From contig CAVPSH010000003.1 in assembly GCA_963708305.1 (NCBI GenBank), positions 561,812 through 625,811 on the forward strand: DNA of 64,000 nt, read 5' to 3'. The notes beneath the pieces are model-generated. The model had not been told where the DNA came from. It did no database searches and worked only from the letters and a program-made list of their open reading frames with translations. Positions 56,617 through 64,000 of the stretch are shown piece after piece. Position numbers and translations under genes: made by a program. The stretch's first letter is position 1; each line of letters opens with the position of its first letter. This DNA is from an uncultured bacterium. GTDB lineage: Bacteria > Verrucomicrobiota > Verrucomicrobiia > Limisphaerales > UBA11358.

Positions 56617-57060
56617 ATGAAAATCACGAAAATATTGGTGGCGGAACACGTGGTGTTCCACAATTTGTTCGATCATATCGAACAGACCGCGCCGCACCTC
56701 AAGTCGCTGGCGGAGGTCAAATTGCTGTCCGCCACGCTGGAGGTGCTCATGCGGGCGCATGCCCGGACCGAGGATGATTTGCTGGTGGAACCGCTGGAGC
56801 ATTGCCTGGCGCAGATCGGGCAGAGCGAGACGTTTCACGAGGAGCATGACGAAATTGACGCCCGGCTGGCGGAGGTGCAAAAGGCGCGTGGTGCCAAACA
56901 GGCGCGCGAGCTGCTGCTGCGGGCGGTCCTGCGTTCGCGCGAACATTTTGACAAGGAAGAACGCATCGTTTTCCCGCTGGCCGAACGGGTGATGAAGGCC
57001 AAGACACTGGTCGGTCTGGGGGACGAATGGATGAAGCGGCGCGAGGCCGTCCTCAGTTAA
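56617..57060 (+). CDS. Hemerythrin/HHE cation-binding domain protein
   Basis: L.AEH, HARTED.LL, EEHDEI, HFDKEE.IVFP. Confidence 0.82.
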   Translation: MKITKILVAEHVVFHNLFDHIEQTAPHLKSLAEVKLLSATLEVLMRAHARTEDDLLVEPLEHCLAQIGQSETFHEEHDEIDARLAEVQKARGAKQARELLLRAVLRSREHFDKEERIVFPLAERVMKAKTLVGLGDEWMKRREAVLS

Positions 57061-58595
57061 GGGAGAACCTGCTTTGCCACAGGCGCGCTCTGAGGCGCGA
57101 GCAATAATTTCCATTGCCTTTGCCAGGCGATGAAGAGGACCAAGACGACGCCCAGGTGTGCAAGAGCACATCCAGTCAGGAACTTCAAATCAGTAGTATC
57201 CGATCCGGCGAGCACAACGGCGCCCGGTGCCAGGAGCGAGAGTTTGGCCAGAGCTTCATTGGAAAAAACCCCGGCCAGAATGAATGGCAGGATGCAAAGT
57301 ATAAAAAGCCATAACGCAACGAAACCGAGTGCCCGCCGACGGAACCGCAGCCGGCAAAATTCCAGCAACAGCGAAAAAATCAGGAAGAACGCCAGCAGGT
57401 TGCCAACGGCTATCAGGTAAATCTTCCATGAGTGGTCGAATGACAGCGCGCATTGCAAAAGCAAAACAACGGCGGCAACGGCGGCCAATACGACCGCGAG
57501 CGAAACGGCGCTGCTGGAAAAAATCGCGCCGGGATTTTTGATGCCCAGACGCAGGGCTTTTACACGGACGGTTTCCGGCTGCGGACTGACCGCGGCCAGA
57601 ATGATGATTGCCAATACCATCGTGCCGCAATGAATCATGGAGAGCAAAGGATCGTTTTCATGAAAGCTTGGGCGTCCAACCCACGATTGCACTTCAGGAA
57701 AACGTCCATGCCACAATCCCCAAATCAAACCGTGTTGAATGAGCAAAAGAATTCCGAAAATGGCCACCGCTTCCCAGCGCAGCATCGGCGGTTGAAACGG
57801 ATTCGTCGTTTTGCGAACGGCGGTATTCCACAGAAAGATTCCAATGATGATTTGCAAAGCAAGACTCAAAAGGATCGGATAAACCGGCAGACCGAAAATT
57901 TCGGGCAAGCCATTCCAGTTGCTGATGGGATTGTCATTATGGGACCCGCCTGCATCCCGGAACAAATTGACAATGCCATAAATGGGCAGAAGGAAATTCG
58001 TGACAATGAACTTAGGCGTGCCGAAGGACGGAAACTGGAAAAAAATGAACGCGACCAAAAAAATGATTCCGCCTTGCGGACGTTGCAGGACCAAACCGAG
58101 GATGACCGCGAGCAATCCAAAAAACAACGCCGTGCTGAAAATCAAAATTTGTGTTCCGAGCCAGAGTGTCATCGGCAATCTGCCCAAAAGCACGATGACC
58201 AGCCCGATGCCCGCGAGCACCGCCGCCATGTAAAATTCGCGCAGAGGCGAGCCAAGCCAGTAGCCGATGACCAATTGCGACGGCTTGAGCGGCGTCAACC
58301 GGTTGCTGTCCCAGAGCCCGGCCTTGCGTTCGTCGGCCAGCGCGCGTGAAATCCGACTGAAGCCGCCAACAATCAGCACGAGAATTTCCACGCCAATCGT
58401 CCAGCCGTAAAATATTTTGCCGGCCTCCTGCGATGATTTGAGACCGGGGAAATTTGCCGGATCGGCCAGATAAGCGATCAATCCCGACAACAAACTCAAA
58501 CCGACGAGCGCGGCGATCAGAATCGCGGCAAGCACGCCGCCGCGATGCACGAGGCGTTTTTGCGTGAGAAAAACAGGGTTGTCGTTCAGGTTCAC
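57057..58595 (-). CDS. Multi-pass membrane protein, probable ABC-2-type permease
   Basis: About 12 TM segments; ER..G.WD...LTPL.P..L..G motif; 4-bp overlap with the ABC ATPase gene. Confidence 0.7.
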   Translation of the reverse strand: MNLNDNPVFLTQKRLVHRGGVLAAILIAALVGLSLLSGLIAYLADPANFPGLKSSQEAGKIFYGWTIGVEILVLIVGGFSRISRALADERKAGLWDSNRLTPLKPSQLVIGYWLGSPLREFYMAAVLAGIGLVIVLLGRLPMTLWLGTQILIFSTALFFGLLAVILGLVLQRPQGGIIFLVAFIFFQFPSFGTPKFIVTNFLLPIYGIVNLFRDAGGSHNDNPISNWNGLPEIFGLPVYPILLSLALQIIIGIFLWNTAVRKTTNPFQPPMLRWEAVAIFGILLLIQHGLIWGLWHGRFPEVQSWVGRPSFHENDPLLSMIHCGTMVLAIIILAAVSPQPETVRVKALRLGIKNPGAIFSSSAVSLAVVLAAVAAVVLLLQCALSFDHSWKIYLIAVGNLLAFFLIFSLLLEFCRLRFRRRALGFVALWLFILCILPFILAGVFSNEALAKLSLLAPGAVVLAGSDTTDLKFLTGCALAHLGVVLVLFIAWQRQWKLLLAPQSAPVAKQVLP

Positions 58596-59519
58596 ATCAA
58601 TTCCTTCGCACCGGACTGCAAGAAGATTTGTTCCAAATCATCACCGGCGCCGCGCCATTCGGAAATGCGGACGCCTTGCGTCACCAAAGTTCCAAGCAAT
58701 TCATCGAGCGCTTCGGTCTCTCCGTCGAAATCAAACGTTGCGCCGTTGCCGGCGATTTCGAGGTTTTTCACGTTGGCGCCTCTCAAAATTTCCAGCGCTT
58801 TCTCGCCGTCGGTGCGCCATTTGACGGACATCCTGCGCCGGTTCATTTTCCGGGCCGAGTTCGGCAATGGCGCCGGAGGTGACCAATTTGCCGCGTTCCA
58901 TGATGGCCGCCGAATTGCAGAAGCCCGAAAGCTCGGTGAGGATGTGGGAGGAAATCAAAACGGCTTTTCCAGTGTCGCGCAATTGCAGAAGGATCTTGCG
59001 CAATTCCATCCGGCCCAGCGGATCCAAACCGCTGGCCGGTTCATCCAGCAACAAAACTTGCGGGTCGGGCAAAAGGGTTTTTGCCAGCACGAGGCGTTGC
59101 TTCATGCCACGTGACAATTCTTCGCAGAGTGAGTTGGTTTTTTCCGTGAGCCACGTCAGTTCAAGGCATTCTTTGATCCGTTGGGCGCGGTTCGGAACCT
59201 CATAAGCGCGGGCAAAGTGATCCAAAAATTCCGTGGCCGTGAGCTGGTCGTAAACGGGACAAAAATCCGGCATGAAACCCAGCCGGCGTTTCAATTCCTC
59301 CGGTTCGTGCGTCAGTTCATGTCCATCCACCTTTACCGTGCCACGCGTGCATTCCTGCAACCCCGAAACCGCGCGCATCGTTGTTGTTTTGCCCGCGCCG
59401 TTTGGGCCGATCAGGCCGCAGACGTCGCCGGCTTCAATGGTCAGGGAAAGGTCGTCAACCGCCACGACACCCGGAAAATCAACCCGCAAGTGTTCAATGG
59501 TCAGCACCGGGTTGGACAT
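58592..59519 (-). CDS. ABC transporter ATP-binding protein (apparent indel near 58853)
   Basis: GPNGAGKTT, LSRGMKQR, LLLDEPASGLDP, ISSHIL; shifted tail ends DLEQIFL. Confidence 0.9.
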
Positions 59520-59614
59520 GCCGCGATTATTATCCCTTCTTCAGGAATAGCAAGCGCCAGGACCCGGATCTGATGTGGATGAGGGGACGAATGGACGGGC
59601 CACCCGACGCAACA

Positions 59615-60808
59615 TTATTTGTGTTGGTGATGGTTGGCGAAAAGGAAGAATGGCAGTGCTGCCAGTTGAAGCACGACCGAAAAAGCAATCAAGCCGACGA
59701 TGGATTTGTCGTACAACCATCCCATCCCGGCGCTGCCGGCGAACCACGCGACGCCGAAGACCGTGTCGAACACGCCGAAGGCCGTGCTGCGTTTGTCCAG
59801 CGGAACCACGCCGCTGAGCATGGCCTTGAGCAGGGAATCCTGCGCGCCCATGCCGATGCCCCACAGAATCATTCCGACCAACGCCAGCGCGAATCCGCCG
59901 AGGAAGACGCAGGGTGCGAAGAAAGCGCCAATAAAAAACGCCAGCATCACGGCCGGCAACCCGAGTTTGTCCAACAGTTTTCCGAATACCAGCGCCGCCA
60001 GTCCGCTCGTGACCATGGCCGCTGCATAAAAAACCGGCACGAGACCCGGCTCAACCGAGCCGGTTTTTTGGAAATGAAACGCGACCAGTGGAAAGTCGGC
60101 GAAGCCCGCGGCAATCAACGCCCCGGCCACGACGTAAAGCCAATAGGTTTTTGAAAATCCCCTGGTCTCAAGTTTCACCGGCCGGCGCGTTTCGAGTTCG
60201 TGCGGACGCGGGTACCGCATCCGCGCGACGGCCACCGCGCCGAGACACAGCAGCGCCGGGACCAAAAGCAAGGCGAACGCTTTGTGGTAACCGCCATGAA
60301 AATACAGAATCAAAGCCATGATCAGCGGGCCGATGGTGGCGCCGGTCTGGTCCAGAAATTCGTTCAGCCCGAACGCCCAGCCGTGGCCGATTTGGCTGCC
60401 GGCATGCGACAGCAGGGCGTCCGTGGAAGGTTTGCGGATGGCGCGTCCGGTGCGTTCGGCCACGATCAACACCGCGGCCAGCGGCCAGTTGCCGGCCAGC
60501 GCGAGTGCGGGGACGGCCAGCATGTTGACGAGGTAACCGGCAAAAATGAAGACCCAGTATTTGTGCGTCTTGTCCGCGAAATAACCGGTGACCGAGCGGA
60601 AGGCGTAACCCATCAATTCGCCAAACCCGGCAGTGACACCGACGACTACCGCACTGGCGCCCAATGAACCGAGGAAAGGCCCGGTGATGCCGCGCGCGCC
60701 TTCGTAGGTCATGTCGGCGAACAACTGGACGACGCCGATGATGAGCACGAAGCGCAGCGCGAGCTTCTTGGCGGCGGAATTTCCCGGCTCCATTTTCGGG
60801 CTGGACAT
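59615..60808 (-). CDS. MFS transporter
   Basis: About 12 TM; LFADMTYEG, GYFADKT, ER.G.AIR.P, G.LLDK.G. Confidence 0.88.
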   Translation of the reverse strand: MSSPKMEPGNSAAKKLALRFVLIIGVVQLFADMTYEGARGITGPFLGSLGASAVVVGVTAGFGELMGYAFRSVTGYFADKTHKYWVFIFAGYLVNMLAVPALALAGNWPLAAVLIVAERTGRAIRKPSTDALLSHAGSQIGHGWAFGLNEFLDQTGATIGPLIMALILYFHGGYHKAFALLLVPALLCLGAVAVARMRYPRPHELETRRPVKLETRGFSKTYWLYVVAGALIAAGFADFPLVAFHFQKTGSVEPGLVPVFYAAAMVTSGLAALVFGKLLDKLGLPAVMLAFFIGAFFAPCVFLGGFALALVGMILWGIGMGAQDSLLKAMLSGVVPLDKRSTAFGVFDTVFGVAWFAGSAGMGWLYDKSIVGLIAFSVVLQLAALPFFLFANHHQHK

Positions 60809-61822
60809 TACGCCGGCAATGGCGTTTTGGCGAGAATTTCCGCGACGACCTCTTCCACCCGGATGCCGCGGAATTTTTCCTCCCGCCGGACGATGAGACG
60901 GTGGGCGAGGACTTTCGGCGCGAGCGATTTCACCAGCTCGGCAGAGGCAAAATCTTTTCCGTCAATCGCCGCCATGGCCTGGGCGACGCGAAATAATCCC
61001 AGTGAACCGCGCGGGCTGGCGCCGAGCAGCAAGGCGGGATGTTCGCGTGTGCCGCGGACGATTTTCAAAATATAATCGTTCACTGCCGACGCCACCTTCA
61101 CGTCGCGCACGGCCTCCTGGCTTTTCAAGATGCGGTCGGGCGTCGTCACCGGCTGGAGCGTGTCAATCGGATGGCGCAATTGGAACCGCTCGATCATCTG
61201 CTTTTCGTCGGCGAACGACGGGTAGCCGAGCTGGATCCGCATCAGGAAACGGTCCTTTTGCGCCTCCGGCAGCAGGAACGTGCCTTCCTGCTCAATGGGA
61301 TTTTGCGTGGCGACGACCATGAACGGTTTTTGCAGACGATAGGAGACATTTCCCTCCGTGACCATGGCTTCGCCCATCGCTTCGAGCAACGCCGCCTGCG
61401 TGCGCGGGCTGGCGCGGTTGATTTCGTCCACCAGGACGAACTGCGAAAAAAGCGGGCCGAAATTAAATTCCGAGCGGCCGGTCTTTGGGTCAAGATGCGG
61501 CTCGCCGAGAACGTCCGCCGGCTGCAAGTCCGGCGTGCATTGAATCCGTTTGAAGCTGCAGCCGGCACTTTGCGCCAGCGCGCGCGCGAGCATGGTCTTG
61601 GCGACGCCGGGAACGTCTTCAATCAGCAAATGTCCTTCCGCCAGCCAGACCGCCGTGGCCAGCACCACCTGTTCGTGCTTGCCCACGATGACTTTTTCCA
61701 CGTTATCCATCAGCTGCCGCGCGATGGGTGAAACGTCCGCCGGGGTCAGCTTCTTCGCTGCCTCAATCGGCAGCAAAGTCACCTTTGGCTTTTTTGTCGG
61801 TTGGCGGTGAGGAAAAATCCAT
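60808..61822 (-). CDS. MoxR-family AAA+ ATPase (start 61822 assumes an indel near 61785)
   Basis: GHLLIEDVPGVAKT, RIQCTPDLQPAD, DEINRASPRTQAALLEAM, ATQNPIEQEGT, GASPRG. Confidence 0.9.
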
Positions 61823-61826
61823 GCCT

Positions 61827-62301
61827 TCAGGATTTCAGAAGATGGCCGATGGCGCGACCGATTTCTTCCAGCGCGCGTGTCTCTTCCGCGTGTGTATTCA
61901 TATTGGCGGAGGGTGCCAATGCCGAGGGTGCCGACGATTTTGTCGCCGTCGCGCGCCGGGACACAGAGTGCGCCGCCGACGCCGGACTGGCGCGCGCCGG
62001 GTCTCGCTACACCGCCGGTGTCGGTCTGCAAATCGCAAATGGTGACCGGAGCGCCGCGCGCGACAACTTGTCCGGCAATGCCCTTGCCGACCGGAATGGT
62101 TTTGACGACCTCCAGCATTGGGGGCGGCAAACCCACCTGTGCCACAAGGTGAAGCAATTGCGTTTCCGCATCGAGCCGATGGATCGTGCCCGTCTCGGAA
62201 CTAAAATGTTTAAGCACCTCACGCAACGCCTCCTCCAAAACAACCTCGCGCGGGCCGCCACTTTTCAGGAGCGAGACGATTTGTTCGTTCAGATTGTTCA
62301 C
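61827..62301 (-). CDS. Stand-alone GAF-domain protein (apparent indel near 61890)
   Basis: L.LVAQVGLP, IPVGKGIAGQV, LCVP....G.LGIG; the corrected frame ends EETRALEEIGRAIGHLLKS*. Confidence 0.75.
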
Positions 62302-62376
62302 ACACACATCGCAACCTGGTGCCGGAAGTTTGTTGGATTCAGCCAGCGCGTTCAACTGCTCAATGGCTCGTGCCAG

Positions 62377-63357
62377 TCACAGGGCCGGCGGTGTCCGCGG
62401 TGGTGGCGGCAATTCTGGCGGGAAAACGTCGTAGTCGCGGCCAAACTGGGCCAGGAAATAGAGGGAATAACAGCGTTTGAACATCAAAACCGGCAGCAAC
62501 AGCACCGTGCCCAAATAAGGAAGCGCCATCAGACATCCGGCGCAGCAGCACGTGATGATGACTACGAAGAGGACAATGACCCCGATGGCTATCGCCAAAA
62601 CGATCTGGAACAGGAAATACAGAATGAAAGTTCCCACGTGACCCGAAATCAGATTCCCCAATTCCTTCCACGCTGACAGGCAGCGATTGCGGCGCAGGAA
62701 CATGATGGGCACCACGAAATCCAGGGTGAGCTTTCGGATGATGGCAAACACAATGGCCATGCCGACAAACAAGAGTCCTAAACTGATCGCGGTGATGATG
62801 GCATTCGGAATAAATTGGCCGGCGAAAAACATTCTGGCGACGATGACAATGGTGATAACGAGCAACGGCAGCGTACAAATCATGGCGACCAGCCCCAACA
62901 CCAGCCGGAACAGGAAGAGGCTGTTGGCCTCATTGGCGAATTGATGCCAGGGTTCCGCCACCTCGGCTTTGTCCAAAGCCACACAGTGCAGGAACATGAA
63001 TTTGCCCCGGCTGTTGAGCCATAGAAAAACCAGCCACAACGCCAGGCCAATCACCACCAGCACAGCCGCCAGCGGCACAATCCAGTTGAGATTGTCCAAA
63101 ACGTAATCTTTGGCCCGCAACAATGTATTTCGGAAGTTATCCTCATAATTATGATGCTGGCCGAAGTTGTTAAAATTGAAGTTCCCACGCGCTCCACCTT
63201 CGCCCAATTGGGCCAGCCATGCGCAAAAGCCGATGATGAACCACTTGCCCAGGTCGAAAGGCCGGAAGAGAACGCGCTTGACCCGTTCCAGTGCCGGACT
63301 GACCGGCTCGGCCACGTTGATTTCCCGTGGTGGATGGGTGACGGGGCCAATGGGCAT
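62377..63357 (-). CDS. Conserved hypothetical integral membrane protein
   Basis: LFRPFDLGKWF.IGFCAWLA.LG, about 6 TM segments, TCCC motif, Pro-rich tail. Confidence 0.75.
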   Translation of the reverse strand: MPIGPVTHPPREINVAEPVSPALERVKRVLFRPFDLGKWFIIGFCAWLAQLGEGGARGNFNFNNFGQHHNYEDNFRNTLLRAKDYVLDNLNWIVPLAAVLVVIGLALWLVFLWLNSRGKFMFLHCVALDKAEVAEPWHQFANEANSLFLFRLVLGLVAMICTLPLLVITIVIVARMFFAGQFIPNAIITAISLGLLFVGMAIVFAIIRKLTLDFVVPIMFLRRNRCLSAWKELGNLISGHVGTFILYFLFQIVLAIAIGVIVLFVVIITCCCAGCLMALPYLGTVLLLPVLMFKRCYSLYFLAQFGRDYDVFPPELPPPPRTPPAL

Positions 63358-63459
63358 AGGCTGAATACCCGATTCTTATGAAATCAAACTCCCGTCCGCA
63401 ACCAGAAATTACCATCCGGTAAAATCGAAGTCGGGCGGTTAGCCGGCAGGTAAAATGAA

Positions 63460-63490
63460 TCAGGGCCGTTCTTTGAAGGAACGGCCCTGA
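63460..63490 (-). terminator. Probable terminator after the PEP-CTERM gene
   Basis: TCAGGGCCGTTC/GAACGGCCCTGA 12-bp stem; TTCATTTT follows on the minus strand. Confidence 0.65.
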
Positions 63491-63530
63491 ACTCTAAATT
63501 CAATCTTCAATCCTGGAGAGCGGGACTATT

Positions 63531-64000
63531 TCAGGCTCTCACCAGAAGTCTTGCCTGCCGGCGTTTGGCAATCATCCCTCCGCCAACCAACAGTCCCCCG
63601 CACATCAGGAGGCTGAACACGCCGGGTTCGGGCACCGCTTGAACACTTTCGGTCAGGCTGTATGACATCGAGCCGGTAAACTGAACGACATAACTAAAAT
63701 CCAGCGTGCCATTAACCGCAACCGGGGTCCCGGCCAAATAATCAATGGTTCCGTTAAAGTTCCCGCCACCGTCAGGCCCGGTTGGCGGGGTGATGACGGC
63801 TGTCCAACCCAAAGGAGTAGTGACATTGGCAGAGTTGATCGAAAATGCCTGGTTCATGCTCAAGTTGACAATGTACTCCGTCCAGACGAACGGGGACGTG
63901 TTATTGATGGAACTGCCAATCGTGAGAATCGGATCGCTCGTACTACTCGCCGCAACGTTTATGTCCATCGACCCGGAACTCAGCCATTGACTTCCGCTCA
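63531..64000 (-). CDS. PEP-CTERM sorting-domain surface protein (5' end outside window)
   Basis: Ends VPEPGVFSLLMCGGLLVGGGMIAKRR; the frame stays open to the window edge. Confidence 0.88.
   Translation of the reverse strand, partial: SGSQWLSSGSMDINVAASSTSDPILTIGSSINNTSPFVWTEYIVNLSMNQAFSINSANVTTPLGWTAVITPPTGPDGGGNFNGTIDYLAGTPVAVNGTLDFSYVVQFTGSMSYSLTESVQAVPEPGVFSLLMCGGLLVGGGMIAKRRQARLLVRA

Noticed and set aside
60808-62355. Apparent novel 515-aa GAF-MoxR fusion in the ORF track
   Set aside because: The linker is out-of-frame sequence. Another frame gives a natural GAF ending (EETRALEEIGRAIGHLLKS*, stop at 61827) and a separate ATG at 61822, so two nearby indels probably create the fusion.

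Overview
GC-rich bacterial chromosomal segment, most consistent with Verrucomicrobiota subdivision 3 (Pedosphaerales/Limisphaerales-like). This is inferred from a PEP-CTERM protein, a prepilin/H-X9-DG protein, a Thr-Asn-rich secreted beta-helix protein and a short ATP synthase delta subunit. Most genes are housekeeping: the atpB-E-F-H-A operon, gluQ, gltX, hup, panE, acpS, pdxJ, pdxH, comEC, folB, nadA, a Pit/DUF47 pair, gyrB-gyrA, recQ, gcvP and thrC-metB. About 15 isolated single-base indels break otherwise intact essential genes and are read as long-read errors. The most striking signal is a dense set of at least seven families of short palindromic repeats (GTAG/GGAG-capped REP/REPIN-like doublets), plus heptamer and decamer tracts. 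A REP-associated tyrosine transposase (RAYT) sits between two directly repeated REPINs. The repeats are not only intergenic. Complete copies lie in frame inside recQ (Zn-binding domain), gcvP, an RluE-like synthase and the metB N-terminus, and a heptamer inverted repeat lies in pdxJ, adding about 17-27 aa peptides. Other copies supply the TAG stop codons of folB, nadA and recQ. Further points of interest are a complete PvuII-like type II R-M system with a recognisable C-box and apparent CAGCTG scarcity in the window, a HAD-NUDIX fusion directly upstream of folB, and a GHMP-kinase/UDPGP fusion next to a GalU-like gene. No tRNA, rRNA or CRISPR array was seen.
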